Assembly (NCBI GenBank): GCA_963663275.1
Contig: OY760183.1
Coordinates: 384,001 to 448,000, forward strand
Source: Chloroflexota bacterium
GTDB taxonomy: Bacteria; Chloroflexota; UBA11872; VXOZ01
DNA: 64,000 nucleotides
Direction of reading: 5' to 3'
Positions 9,781-20,112 of the stretch are shown one piece after another. A model generated the notes under the pieces. It was not told where the DNA came from and made no database searches. It was given only the letters and a program-made list of their open reading frames with translations. A program made the translations under genes and the position numbers. Every line of letters begins with the position of its first letter. Position 1 is the first letter of the stretch.

Positions 9781-10357
9781 CCGGTAGCGCAGGTTTGTAA
9801 CCTGCGTATTCGCCTAGGTAGCGTAGGTTTCCAACCTGCGCCCGCCTCTTCATGCACTCCGGAAGCGCAGGTTTCCAACCTGCGCCCGCCTCTTCATGCG
9901 CTCCGGTAGCGCAGGTTTGTAACCTGCGTCTTCACTCCGGTAGCGCAGCTTTCACTCCTATCGGCCGTAGCGCGGGGGCTTGTCCCCAATACTGTCGCAT
10001 TAACGTAGCGCGGGGGCTTGTCCCCCGCCGGAATAAGAGAAATGCTAACGAAATGGATTGACCCTACGGAAGACGCAGGTTACAAACCTGCGCTACCGGA
10101 GAAACGAGCGTTGTTTTCACTCTCATTGTGTTTAATGCGACAGCATTGGGGCTTGTCCCCCGCCTCTTGGCGCACGCTCCCCCGTAGGGGCAACCCTTGT
10201 GGTTGCCCTCTTGTTTGCGCTTGCCCTCCTGCTTATGGTTCCCCCATGCCGTTCTACCTACGGCGCCCTTCTCGGATCCCGGGTTGCGCGTGCCCGCACT
10301 CCAGGCCACAAACATGGCCGCCCTGCCTTCCTGGGCGACCACCAGGGTCGCCCCTAC
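9781..10357. repeat. Cluster of GTAG-type REP-like palindromes from three families
   Basis: CCGGTAGCGCAGGTTTGTAACCTGCG (several copies), GTAGCGCGGGGGCTTGTCCCCCGC, GTAGGGGCAACCCTTGTGGTTGCCC. Confidence 0.85.
9988..10147. mobile_element. 160-bp MITE (IS4-like) inserted into a REP with an 11-13-bp duplication
   Basis: TIR AATACTGTCGCATTAA / TTAATGCGACAGCATT; GGGGCTTGTCCCC at 9975-9987 and 10148-10160. Confidence 0.75.
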
Positions 10358-10407
10358 CGCCTAGCCCACACGGCCCCAGGCAAGGCGCACAGTTGCGATA
10401 AACTTAA

Positions 10408-10452
10408 CAAAAGAGAACGGCGCCAACGCAGCGGTTGACGCCGTTCTCTCTT
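10408..10452 (-). terminator. Intrinsic terminator downstream of the tRNA-Ser genes
   Basis: Stem agagaacggcgccaac/gttgacgccgttctct followed by a U-run on the minus strand. Confidence 0.7.
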
Positions 10453-10462
10453 GCATAACCTT

Positions 10463-10556
10463 TGGCGGAGGGGGAGGGATTCGAACCCTCGGTGGAGCTA
10501 CTAACCCCACAATCGCTTAGCAGGCGACCGCACTAGACCATCTATGCGACCCCTCC
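10463..10556 (-). tRNA. tRNA-Ser (anticodon GCT)
   Basis: rc GGAGGGGTCGCATAG...GTCGC-CTGCTAA-GCGAT, long variable arm, GGTTCGAATCC, encoded CCA. Confidence 0.95.
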
Positions 10557-10742
10557 ATAAACGCATCCCACGGCTCCCCACACACCGGATTTGCCGTCTC
10601 CCGTCGCTCGCGGGACACAGTTAGATTGTAACACATCGAGTCCAGCGGCCTCCTGGGCCGCTCGCGCCGCGCCGGCAGCGCACACTGCCGCTGCCGCCGT
10701 CAGGCCGGCGCCGGACAGCGGCCACATTCCTAGCCGAGACTC

Positions 10743-10828
10743 TGGCGGAGGGGGAGGGATTCGAACCCCCGGACCTTTCGGTCAATGGTTTTCAAGACCA
10801 TCTCCATAAACCACTCGGACACCCCTCC
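10743..10828 (-). tRNA. tRNA-Ser (anticodon TGA)
   Basis: rc GGAGGGGTGTCCGAGTGG...ATGGT-CTTGAAA-ACCAT...GGTTCGAATCC...GCCA. Confidence 0.95.
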
Positions 10829-10980
10829 ATGCCTTAAATGATACCAGGAGCGCGCGGCCTAGAGCGCGGACTCAGCGCGAAAACGCGGGAAGATTGCGAC
10901 AAGCGCCGGCGCGGTCCAGCATTCTCACCCTTGACCCATGCCAGTGCGCGCGGGGCATCGACGCCCAACAGGCAGGTCCG

Positions 10981-11280
10981 TCACGCCTCGGCGGCGTCCG
11001 TCTCCGCAGCCTCCGGCTTGCCGAGGTTGAAGCCGCCTTCTTCCGAGAAGCTCAAGACAACGCCGTCCAGGGTGCGCAGGCTGAGCTTATCCACCAGCAC
11101 CTTGAGGCCGTGCTGTTCGCTGACCGCGTCGTTCTTGCCGGGCTGCTCCTCGCTGGACATGCCGAACTGCATGCCCTCCGCGCCGGGACGCACGAACACG
11201 CGCAGGTACATTTCGCCCTCGCCTTCCGCTTCCATCTGCGACTTGATGAGGCGCGCGGCGGCTTCCGTTATCGTGAACAT
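10981..11280 (-). CDS. HesB/IscA-fold (A-type Fe-S carrier-like) protein lacking cysteines
   Basis: TITEAAA...LRVFV...GLKVLVD...LDGVVL pattern; no Cys residues. Confidence 0.75.
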   Translation of the reverse strand: MFTITEAAARLIKSQMEAEGEGEMYLRVFVRPGAEGMQFGMSSEEQPGKNDAVSEQHGLKVLVDKLSLRTLDGVVLSFSEEGGFNLGKPEAAETDAAEA

Positions 11281-11458
11281 GCTTTCTCTCCTCGCTGTGG
11301 GACTCCAGGGGGCTTGTGAGTCCAGCGTTCAGCGTAGCACGCGGCCTAGCCGCCGTAAACAGCGCGAATCCGCCGCTTGACCCCCCTCACCCTAACCCTC
11401 TCCCCCAGCGGGAGAGGGGACAAGAGCAACTGCCCGCCTCCGGTTCCCTCTCGCCCGG

Positions 11459-11600
11459 CTGACAGGGATATGCAGGTGTCATTCCGAGCGGAGCGAGGAA
11501 TCTAGAACCGACGTTTTTGCAGCGAAAGCCTTAGATTCCTCTCTCCGCTGCGCTCCGTTCGGAATGACACGTGAAATCGGATGTAGAATGCACACCCCTC
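11459..11600 (+). mobile_element. CTGACAGG-family MITE, degenerate right end
   Basis: Matches 40705-40850. Confidence 0.75.
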
Positions 11601-11961
11601 CCTCGCTCAGGCTGTGACAATTGAGGCGGCTGGATGGCTCCGGTTCCCTCTCCTGGGGGAGAGGGTTAGGGTGAGGGGGCAGTAGCCGCGAGGCGGGCGT
11701 TTGGGTATGCTGGACGGAGACGGGCGCAAGGGCACGCGGGCACCCGCAACGAGGACACATCGCGTCCAATGGCATGACGCCCGCAACAAGGGCGCATTGC
11801 CTTCAACAACATGGTGTCCGCCGTTTGGTAGTTTGGTAGGGGCACGACATGTCGTGCCCCTACCAAACGCAATAGGAACAATCGAGCGCCGCCGCCAGCC
11901 GAGCGCCGCCGGCAATCGACCGCACCGGCAATCGACCGCGCCGCCAACGGGAGCAACGCAC

Positions 11962-12687
11962 GTGGGGCAAGAGAGCATCGAACCGCGTTTAGACCCCTCG
12001 CAGATCACCGAGGCCGACATCGCGTATCAGCGCAGCCACAGCAACAAGCGGAACTGGTTCTGGTACTTCATCGTTGGCGGCCTGGTGCTGCTGCCGCTCT
12101 TCCATCTCTATCTGGGGTTGCGCGTCAGGGGCGCCAAACCGCCGCGCACCGGGCCGTTGCTCATCATCTGCAATCACCGCAACAACCTCGACCCGTTTGC
12201 CGTGGGCGTGGCCTGCCCGCACCGGGCGCTCTCCTTCATGGCCAAGGTGGAACTCTTCCGCATTTGGCTGTTGCGCGTGCTGCTGCCCCGCTGGAGCACC
12301 TATCCCATCATCCGGCAGACCAACGACGTGCGCAGCGTGCGCCTGCTGATGCAGTTGCTCAAGCAAGGCGAGGCGGTGGTGCTCTTCCCGGAAGGCACCC
12401 GCAGCCGCAGCGGCGCGGTCGGCCCGTTCAACGCCGGTTTCGTGCGCATCGCCGTGCGCCAACGGATACCGATCGTGCTTGGCGCCATCCGCAACACCGA
12501 GAAGGCGCTGCCGCGCGGCAGCAAGTTCCCCCGTCCGCGGGTGGACATCAGCGTCACCTTCGACGAACCGCTGGAACTTGACGAGCACTACGGCAAGAAA
12601 CTCACCGGCGAGGAAGCGGACGCAATCGCGGAATCCCTGCGGCAGCGCGTCGTCGCCCTGCTGGATGAGGGGAACGCGCCCGCCTGA
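11962..12687 (+). CDS. plsC: Lysophospholipid (1-acyl-sn-glycerol-3-phosphate) acyltransferase, PlsC family
   Basis: NHRNNLD, FMAK and FPEGTRS motifs; start assumed at GTG 11962. Confidence 0.85.
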   Translation: MGQESIEPRLDPSQITEADIAYQRSHSNKRNWFWYFIVGGLVLLPLFHLYLGLRVRGAKPPRTGPLLIICNHRNNLDPFAVGVACPHRALSFMAKVELFRIWLLRVLLPRWSTYPIIRQTNDVRSVRLLMQLLKQGEAVVLFPEGTRSRSGAVGPFNAGFVRIAVRQRIPIVLGAIRNTEKALPRGSKFPRPRVDISVTFDEPLELDEHYGKKLTGEEADAIAESLRQRVVALLDEGNAPA

Positions 12688-12808
12688 GCTAACCCCTGAG
12701 TCCCTTGTAACGCCGGTCTTGCGCTTCCCCGGCGGGCCGCCCCGTTGTTCCCGCCGCCGCGCGTCCGGTACAATGAGAGTGGACGCGGCGCGGAGCGGAA
12801 AGGCTGCA

Positions 12809-13669
12809 ATGAACATCATCCTGGCGCAAGAGATGGGCTTTTGCTACGGCGTCAAGCGCGCGATCGAGATGACCCAAGAGGCGGCGAAAGAAAAGGGCGC
12901 GCTCTACACGCTGGGACAACTCGTGCACAACCCGTCCGTGATCGAGCGCCTTGGGCAGGACGGCATCGAGGTGGTGGCGGACATGGAGAGCATTCCCAAG
13001 GACGGCACTGCCACCATCACCGCCCATGGCGCCGGCAAGGCGGTCACGGAAGCAATCGCCGATCACAACCTGGCGCTTATGGACGCCACCTGCCCGATCG
13101 TCTCCAAAGTGCATCGCATCGTGCAGGAACACGCCGAGCGCGGCTATCAGATTCTGATCTTCGGCGACCCCACCCACAAAGAGGTGCGCGGCATTCTGGG
13201 CTGGTCCGCCGGCCGCGGCGTGGCCGTGGCCAGCGCCGCAGAACTGGACTCCGTGCGCTTGCGCCGCAAGATCTGCCTGGTCTCGCAGACCACGCAGACC
13301 GTAGAACGCTTCCGGGCGGTGGCCCGCCGCCTCATGGACCTGGCGCTGGAGGACGCGCTGGAGGTGCACGTGGTCAACACGCTCTGCTTCGCCACCACCA
13401 AACAACAGGCCGCCGCGCGCGACATTCTGCCGCAGGTGGACGTGATGATCGTGGTGGGCGGCCGCAACAGCGCCAACACGACCCACCTGGCGGAGATTTC
13501 GCACGAGGCGAACACGCCCACCTACCACATCGAATCCGCCGCCGAACTCGATCCCGCCTGGTTTGCGCATACGGAAAACGTGGGCATCACCGCCGGCGCT
13601 TCCACGCCGGATTGGTCGGTGCACGAGGTGGTGGACTGGCTCAAGGAACTGGACGCGGTCTCTTCCTGA
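12809..13669 (+). CDS. ispH: 4-hydroxy-3-methylbut-2-enyl diphosphate reductase
   Basis: GFCYGVKRA, VHN, TAHG, DATCP, SQTT, NTLCFAT, GGRNSANT, GITAGASTP. Confidence 0.97.
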   Translation: MNIILAQEMGFCYGVKRAIEMTQEAAKEKGALYTLGQLVHNPSVIERLGQDGIEVVADMESIPKDGTATITAHGAGKAVTEAIADHNLALMDATCPIVSKVHRIVQEHAERGYQILIFGDPTHKEVRGILGWSAGRGVAVASAAELDSVRLRRKICLVSQTTQTVERFRAVARRLMDLALEDALEVHVVNTLCFATTKQQAAARDILPQVDVMIVVGGRNSANTTHLAEISHEANTPTYHIESAAELDPAWFAHTENVGITAGASTPDWSVHEVVDWLKELDAVSS

Positions 13670-13728
13670 GCGCCTTTCCCCCGATTGCGTTCTACAGCCG
13701 CGCGCAGCCTGGCTCCTTCCACGCAACC

Positions 13729-14460
13729 CGTAGCGCGGGGGTTTGTCCCCCGCCGGGGCACTCCGCACCGCAAACCAGGACGCAGGTTACAAACCTGCCC
13801 TACCGGACCGGGGACATTCCCTATTGGTGTCGCTCTTACGTAGCGCGAGGGCTTGTCCCCCGCCGGGACACTCTACACCGCAAACCAGGACGCAGGTTAC
13901 AAACCTGCGCTACCGGACTGGGGGCGATCCCTAATTGGTGTCACATCAATGTAGCGCGGCGGCTCGTCAACGCGGTGTAGGGGCACGACATGTCGTGCCC
14001 CTACACCGCGTTGACGACAGGTCAAACATATTAACAGCGCGGTTTCGCCGTGGTTGCCTAAGTCAGAAGTTAATGCAACAGCATTGGGGCTTGTCCCCCG
14101 CCTGGGTTCTCCGCACCGCAAACCAGGACGCAGGTTACAAACCTGCGCTACCGGAGCGGGGACATTCCCTTTTGCCGTCACATCAACGTAGCGCGGGGGC
14201 TCGTCAACGCGGTGTAGGGGCACGACATGTCGTGCCCCTACACCGCGTTGACGACAGGTCAAGCATATTAACAGCGCGGGTTCGCCGTGTTTGCCTAAGT
14301 CAGAAGTTAATGCAACAGCATTGGGGCTTGTCCCCCGCCCGGCGCTCCACACCGCAAACCAGGACGCAGGTTACAATCCTGCGCTACCGGAGCGAAGACG
14401 CGGGTTGCTATCCTGCGCTACCGGAGCGAAGACGCGGGTTGCTATCCTGCGCTACCGGCG
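13729..14460. repeat. Composite REP/MITE region with a ~237-bp duplication and two 54-bp perfect palindromes
   Basis: Palindromes at 13964-14017 and 14201-14254; TTAATGCAACAGCATT MITE ends; several REP copies. Confidence 0.85.
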
Positions 14461-14749
14461 TTGCGGTACTCTGAATGCTCCCTACTCCCTGCCAGGAAAC
14501 CGAACGCGCCATCACCGGGGAAGAACTCTCACGCCGCGGCCTTCGCTTGCTCGCGATAATCACGTCATCCATCCTAGCTGACGCGCGCGCGGCGCCATCT
14601 TCTCCCCAAAACGCCCCGCGCAGTGTACAACCACCGCGCTTCTGGAGTACCGTAGAGCCAGCAGGCAAGCATAGCGCGCGGTTGCGGCTCTGTCGCGGCG
14701 GCGGCGGGGCGCAGCGCGCGGAATCGTACAGCCAGCGCAGGGCAATTCT

Positions 14750-16108
14750 ATGAGCGCGACATCCGAACAGCCGGACGTTGAGGCATCGCCGGAGGACGCC
14801 ATTGCCGCGCCCAGCGGCATCGTCGCCCTCATCGGGCGGCCGAACGTAGGCAAGTCGAGCCTCTTCAACCGACTGCTGGGGCGGCGCCAGGCCGTAGTGG
14901 AGGACGTCCCCGGCACCACCCGCGACCGCGTCTACGGCGTGGTGGAGTGGCAAGACCGCGCCTTTTCCCTCACCGACACCGGCGGCATTGCCGAAGAGCG
15001 CGACGAACTGGCCGAATCCGTGTACGGGCAGGTGCAAGCGGCCATCGCGGAGGCCAACGTCATCGTCTTGGTGGTGGATACGCCCGCCGGCATCACGCCG
15101 CAGGACGAGGAGATCGCCGCGCTCCTGCGCAACACGCGCAAGCCCGTGGTCGTCGCCGCCAACAAAGCCGACAACCGGCAGACGCATCTGCAAACCTACG
15201 AGTTCTACGCACTGGGCGTCGGCGACGTGGTCTCGCTCTCGGCGCTGCACGGCCTGGGCACCGGGGATCTGCTGGACGCCGTCTGCGCCCACCTGCCGCA
15301 AGCGGCAGCGGCGGACGCCACCGAGGCGCTGCCCCAGTTCGCGATCGTCGGCAGGCCGAACGTCGGCAAGTCGGCCCTGCTCAACGCCATGCTCGGCGAC
15401 GAACGCACGATCGTCAGCGACGTGCCCGGCACCACCCGGGACGCCATCGACACCGTGGTGACCTACGACGACGAGACCGCCGTCCTCATCGACACGGCCG
15501 GCATCCGGCGGCGGGGCAAAGTGCAGCGGGGCGTGGAATCCCATAGCGTGCTGCGCACCCTGCGCGCGCTCGACCGCTGCAACGTGGCCCTGCTGGTGGT
15601 GGACGCCGCCGAGGGGCTGACGGCGCAGGACGTGCACATCGCCGGATACGTCAATGAAGCCTACAAGGGATTGGTGGTGGCGATCAACAAGTGGGATCTG
15701 GTCTCCGGGGACGCCGGCGAGGCGCAGCGCCTGGTGCGGCAGCGGCTCCGCTGGATGCCGCACGCGCCGTCGGTCGTCATCTCCGCCAAGACCGGCTTCC
15801 ACCTGGGGCGGGTGTTGCCCGCTGCCTTGCAGGTCTACGCCGAGCGCGGACGCCGCATTGCCACCGGCGCGCTCAACCGCGCGCTGCGCGCCTGGCTGGC
15901 CGACCGCACGCTCTCGTCCAGGCGGCGGCGGCTGAGCATCTACTACGCTACCCAGGCGAGCACCCATCCCCCGACCTTCGTCTTTTCCGTCAACGATCCC
16001 GCGCTGGCGCACTTTTCCCACCGCCGCTTCCTGGAGAACAACATCCGGCGGAGTTTCGGTTTCGACGGCACACCGCTCCGGCTGCTCTTCCACGACCATC
16101 ATGGCTGA
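14750..16108 (+). CDS. der: Ribosome biogenesis GTPase Der (EngA)
   Basis: Two GRPNVGKS P-loops, two GTTRD motifs, DTGG/DTAG, C-terminal PPTF. Confidence 0.97.
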   Translation: MSATSEQPDVEASPEDAIAAPSGIVALIGRPNVGKSSLFNRLLGRRQAVVEDVPGTTRDRVYGVVEWQDRAFSLTDTGGIAEERDELAESVYGQVQAAIAEANVIVLVVDTPAGITPQDEEIAALLRNTRKPVVVAANKADNRQTHLQTYEFYALGVGDVVSLSALHGLGTGDLLDAVCAHLPQAAAADATEALPQFAIVGRPNVGKSALLNAMLGDERTIVSDVPGTTRDAIDTVVTYDDETAVLIDTAGIRRRGKVQRGVESHSVLRTLRALDRCNVALLVVDAAEGLTAQDVHIAGYVNEAYKGLVVAINKWDLVSGDAGEAQRLVRQRLRWMPHAPSVVISAKTGFHLGRVLPAALQVYAERGRRIATGALNRALRAWLADRTLSSRRRRLSIYYATQASTHPPTFVFSVNDPALAHFSHRRFLENNIRRSFGFDGTPLRLLFHDHHG

Positions 16109-16727
16109 TCTGCTCTGGTACGCGCTCTTCATCGTCATCGGCTACCTGGCCGGGTCCATTCCCAGCGGGTGGCTGGTGGCGCGCGTCTTCCACCGCGCGG
16201 ACATCCGCGAGCACGGCAGCGGGCGCACCGGCTCCACCAACGTGTGGCGCACGTTCGGCGTGGCGGCCGGCATTGCGTCGTTCGTCGGCGATACGCTGAA
16301 AGTCATCCTGCCGCTGGTCGCCCTGCGGCTGGCGCTGCCCGGCAATCCGACCGGAGAGGTCATCACGGCGCTGGCGGCGATCCTGGGCCACAACTGGCCC
16401 GTGTTCATTGGCTTTCGCGGCGGCCGGGGAATCGTGCCGGGCGCGGCGGGCCTGGCCTTCATGGCGCCGCCGCTCATCGCCGTGCTGTGGGTGGTCTTCC
16501 TGCCGGTTATGTTCATCAGCCGCTACGTCTCCCTGGCGTCGCTCACCACCGTCGCCGCGGCCCCGGTTCTGATTGCCCTCGCCATGCTTTGGTTCCAGGT
16601 GCCCGTGGCGTATTTGGTCTACGCCGTGGTCGGCGGCGCGGTCATATTCGTGCAGCACCGCGACAACATTGCCCGGCTCATGGCGGGCACCGAGCGCCGC
16701 ATTTCGTTGAGCCGGAAGAACACGTAG
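16101..16727 (+). CDS. plsY: Glycerol-3-phosphate acyltransferase PlsY
   Basis: GYLAGSIPSG, DIREHGSG, GHNWPVF, FRGGRG, HRDNIARL. Confidence 0.95.
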   Translation: MADLLWYALFIVIGYLAGSIPSGWLVARVFHRADIREHGSGRTGSTNVWRTFGVAAGIASFVGDTLKVILPLVALRLALPGNPTGEVITALAAILGHNWPVFIGFRGGRGIVPGAAGLAFMAPPLIAVLWVVFLPVMFISRYVSLASLTTVAAAPVLIALAMLWFQVPVAYLVYAVVGGAVIFVQHRDNIARLMAGTERRISLSRKNT

Positions 16728-16764
16728 CCGCCTATTGCCTTTTCGCCGCTGAGGAAGAGGAGCC

Positions 16765-17562
16765 GTGCCGCCAGCAAACGACCGCGCCGCAACGCCTGAG
16801 CAAGGTGACGACCGGCCGGGCGCATGGGAGGCCTCCGCCGCGGAGGTCACGATCACCGCGCTCCGGCCACGGGGCGCGAAGGCGCACTCCTTTACGGTGG
16901 AACTGAGCAATGGCGAAGACCTGCGCCTGCGGGCGGAGACCGTGGCCGCGCGCGGGCTCAACGTGGGGGATTCTGTGGACACCGCCGCCGTGGCCGCCTG
17001 GCAACGGGACGACGACAACCGGCGCGCCGTGGAAGCCGGCCTCACTTTCATCTCCTACCGGCCCCGCAGCGCCAAGGAAATCACCGACCACCTGCGCAAG
17101 AAAGCCTTCGACGACGACGCCCGCGACCATGCGATCCAACGTCTCACGGCGTTAGGCTACGTGGACGACGCGGCGTTCGCCCGCTTCTGGGTGGAAAGCC
17201 GCGACACGCACAGGCCCAAGGGACGGCGGGCGCTGGCGTGGGAACTGCGCCAAAAGGGCGTGGCCGACGCGCTTATCGAAGACGCGCTGGCGCGCTTCGG
17301 CGGCGACGAGGCGGCGCTGGCGGAAAAAGTCGCCCGCAAGCGCGCGGCAACGCTGAAGACCGCTGATCCGTTCACGTTTCGCCGGCAGCTTGGCGCGTTT
17401 CTCGCCCGCCGGGGCTTCGGCTACGAGATTACCGAGCAGGTGGTGAACGAGATCTGGGAGGAACGGCGCGCCGGCCTTGAGCAAGCAGGCTTCGCGGAAG
17501 CAAGCGACGCGCAAGCCGACGGCGCTCCCTACGATGACGATGACGCTTTGCATAGGGTTTGA
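16765..17562 (+). CDS. recX: Regulatory protein RecX
   Basis: SYRPRS, LGYVDDAAFA, ELRQKGV, FLARRGF. Confidence 0.9.
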   Translation: MPPANDRAATPEQGDDRPGAWEASAAEVTITALRPRGAKAHSFTVELSNGEDLRLRAETVAARGLNVGDSVDTAAVAAWQRDDDNRRAVEAGLTFISYRPRSAKEITDHLRKKAFDDDARDHAIQRLTALGYVDDAAFARFWVESRDTHRPKGRRALAWELRQKGVADALIEDALARFGGDEAALAEKVARKRAATLKTADPFTFRRQLGAFLARRGFGYEITEQVVNEIWEERRAGLEQAGFAEASDAQADGAPYDDDDALHRV

Positions 17563-17588
17563 AGTGCGACCCCGCAACCTCGTATGAT
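17559..17588 (+). promoter_or_regulatory. Putative sigma70-type promoter of the Uma2 array
   Basis: TTGAAG-18 bp-TATGAT upstream of an AAGGAG RBS. Confidence 0.45.
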
Positions 17589-17623
17589 GGGTACAACCGG
17601 AGCCGCAGCAAAGGAGAGCGGAC

Positions 17624-18172
17624 ATGGCAAGTTCAGCGCCCACAGTCAAACTGACGTATGCGGACTACTGCAAAACGCCGGACGACGAGCGCTACGAGTT
17701 GTTGGATGGAGAGTTATTCGTGACCCCAGCGCCCAGAGAAGTCCATCAAAGAGTTTCGCGAAACCTAACCGCTCTGCTTTGGCAGTTGGCTAAAGAGTCC
17801 GGCGCGGGCGAAATCTATGCCGCTCCTTTCGACATCGTGCTGTCAGACACCAACGTCGTGCAGCCCGATCTGACATTCGTCTCCAGCGAGCGCGCCCACA
17901 TCATTACCGAGGCGAACGTGCAGGGCGCTCCCGACCTCGTGATCGAAATTCTCTCTCCCTCCACCGCCGACCGGGATATCACCGTCAAGCGCGAGATCTA
18001 CGCCAGGCACGGCGTGAAGGAGTACTGGATCGTGGACACCGACGCCAAGACGGTGACGGTGCTCTTGCGGGATTCCCAGGAGTTTGCGCTGGTAGGCGTG
18101 TGCGGCGAAGGCCAAACCCTGGATTCACCGACGCTTAGGGGATTTACGATCGACCCAGGTGAGATCTTCTAG
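17624..18172 (+). CDS. Uma2 family (DUF820) endonuclease, copy 1
   Basis: RYELLDG, QPDL, PDLVIEILSPST, EYWIVD; 182 aa. Confidence 0.92.
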   Translation: MASSAPTVKLTYADYCKTPDDERYELLDGELFVTPAPREVHQRVSRNLTALLWQLAKESGAGEIYAAPFDIVLSDTNVVQPDLTFVSSERAHIITEANVQGAPDLVIEILSPSTADRDITVKREIYARHGVKEYWIVDTDAKTVTVLLRDSQEFALVGVCGEGQTLDSPTLRGFTIDPGEIF

Positions 18173-18246
18173 CGCGTACACACTTCCACTACTACTGAGG
18201 CGACCCGCGCGCGCAGTGCGGCCGGCGCCGCAAGAGGACGGCAACC

Positions 18247-18795
18247 ATGGCTACCCCTACACCCGCTGTCAAGCTCACGTACGAGGATTACTGCAATACC
18301 CCGGACGACGAGCGTTATGAGCTATTGGGTGGAGACCTCGTCATGACCCCAGCGCCCGGAATGGCACATCAAAGAGTCTTGGTGAACCTTACCATTCTGC
18401 TAGGGCTGTCGGTTAGACGTACCGGTGTCGGCCACGTCTATATTGCGCCCTTCGACGTGGTACTTTCGGATACGAACGTGGTGCAGCCCGATCTGCTGTT
18501 CGTTTCCAACGAGCGCGCGCACATCATCACCGAGGCAAACGTGCAGGGCGCGCCAGACCTCGTGATCGAAATCCTCTCTCCCTCCACCGCCGACCGGGAC
18601 CTTACCGTCAAACGCGCGCTCTACGCCAAGCACGGCGTCCAGGAGTACTGGATTGTAGACATCGACGCCAGGACGGTGACGGTGCTGCTGCGGGATTCCC
18701 AGGAGTTTGCGCTGGTAGGCGTGTGCGGCGAAGGCCAAACCCTGGATTCACCGACGCTTAGGGGATTTACGATCGACCCAGGTGAGATCTTCTAG
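18247..18795 (+). CDS. Uma2 family endonuclease, copy 2
   Basis: Same motifs; 182 aa. Confidence 0.92.
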   Translation: MATPTPAVKLTYEDYCNTPDDERYELLGGDLVMTPAPGMAHQRVLVNLTILLGLSVRRTGVGHVYIAPFDVVLSDTNVVQPDLLFVSNERAHIITEANVQGAPDLVIEILSPSTADRDLTVKRALYAKHGVQEYWIVDIDARTVTVLLRDSQEFALVGVCGEGQTLDSPTLRGFTIDPGEIF

Positions 18796-18872
18796 CGCGT
18801 ACACACTTCCACTCTTGGGGACTGGAGCAGTCCTCTTGTAGAATGCGGTTGGCGATAGAAAGGGTGTCAACC

Positions 18873-19421
18873 ATGGCTAGCTCTACACCTGCTGTCAAGC
18901 TCACGTACGAGGACTACTGCAATACCCCGGACGACGAGCGCTATGAGCTATTGGATGGAGACCTTGTCATGACCCCAGCGCCCAGAGAGGTTCACCAAAG
19001 GGTCTTGATGAACTTCTCCTACCTGCTCTTTCAGGCCGTAACGCAAGCCAAGTCGGGCCGCGTCTACGCCGCGCCCTTCGATGTCGTGCTATCGGAAACG
19101 GACGTCGTGCAGCCGGACTTGCTATTCATCTCCAACGAGCGGGCACACGTCATTACCGAAGACAACGTCCAAGGCGCGCCGGACCTCGTGGTCGAAATCC
19201 TCTCTCCCTCCACCGCCGACCGGGATCTCACCGTCAAGCGCGAGATATACGCCAGGCACGGCGTCAAGGAGTACTGGATCGTGGACACCGACGCCAGGAC
19301 GGTGACAGTGCTGCTGCGGGATGCCGCAGGCTTTATCGAGATAGGCGTGTGCGCAAAAGGCCAAACCCTGGATTCACCAACCCTTAGTGAGTTTACGATC
19401 AACCCGGACGAAATCTTCTAG
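18873..19421 (+). CDS. Uma2 family endonuclease, copy 3
   Basis: Same motifs; 182 aa from ATG 18873. Confidence 0.92.
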   Translation: MASSTPAVKLTYEDYCNTPDDERYELLDGDLVMTPAPREVHQRVLMNFSYLLFQAVTQAKSGRVYAAPFDVVLSETDVVQPDLLFISNERAHVITEDNVQGAPDLVVEILSPSTADRDLTVKREIYARHGVKEYWIVDTDARTVTVLLRDAAGFIEIGVCAKGQTLDSPTLSEFTINPDEIF

Positions 19422-19492
19422 CGCGTGGACGTTTCCACTACCGAGGCGGCCCACTCACAGCCTGCTGCTTGCGCCGCGAGAGGACGACAACC

Positions 19493-20041
19493 ATGGCTAC
19501 CCCTTCACAAGCTATCAAGCTCACGTACGAGGACTACTGCAACACCCCGGACGACGAGCGCTACGAACTCCTGGATGGAGACCTGTTTATGACCCCTGCG
19601 CCGCGCGTAAGCCACCAGAAAGCGGTAATCAAGCTGGGCGCGCGCCTCTACTACTTTGTGGAGGAACGCGAACTGGGTGTCGTCTTGTCGTCTCCCTGCG
19701 ACGTAGTGCTGTCGGATACGGACGTTGTGCAACCGGACTTGCTGTTCGTCTCTAATGAGCGAGCACACATCATGACTGAGGAAAACTTCCAAGGCGCGCC
19801 CGATCTCGTCGTCGAGGTTCTTTCACCCTCCACCGCCGACCGGGATCTCACAGTCAAACGCGCGCTCTACGCCAAACACGGCGTCAAGGAGTACTGGATT
19901 GTAGACACCGACGCCAGGACGGTGACAGTGCTGCTGCGGGATTCCGCAGGCTTAATCGAGATAGGCGTGTGCGGTGCGGGCCAAACCCTGGATTCACCGA
20001 CACTTAGTGAGTTTACGATTAACCCGGACGAGATCTTCTAG
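19493..20041 (+). CDS. Uma2 family endonuclease, copy 4
   Basis: Same motifs; 182 aa from ATG 19493. Confidence 0.92.
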   Translation: MATPSQAIKLTYEDYCNTPDDERYELLDGDLFMTPAPRVSHQKAVIKLGARLYYFVEERELGVVLSSPCDVVLSDTDVVQPDLLFVSNERAHIMTEENFQGAPDLVVEVLSPSTADRDLTVKRALYAKHGVKEYWIVDTDARTVTVLLRDSAGLIEIGVCGAGQTLDSPTLSEFTINPDEIF

Positions 20042-20112
20042 CGCGTGGACGCTTTCACTACCGAGGCGGCCCACTTACAGCCTGCTGCCTGCGCCGCGAG
20101 AGGACGACAACC

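Noticed and set aside
6304-9853. Long antisense ORFs (6304-8094, 8108-9853, and similarly 14408-16138, 40817-42514, 59182-60699)
   Set aside because: Shadow ORFs opposite well-supported genes in GC-rich DNA, with no recognisable motifs
9781-9950. Possible CRISPR array of GTAGCGCAGG repeats
   Set aside because: Spacing is short and irregular, spacers are duplicated, and the same motif is scattered in both orientations, which is REP behaviour
10463-10828. tRNA-Ser genes as prophage or island att sites
   Set aside because: No integrase; the only 3'-end duplication is between the two tRNAs themselves
13743-14581. ORFs with QVTNLRY, ARHVVPL or DSSLRSE peptides
   Set aside because: They are translations of REP/MITE repeats
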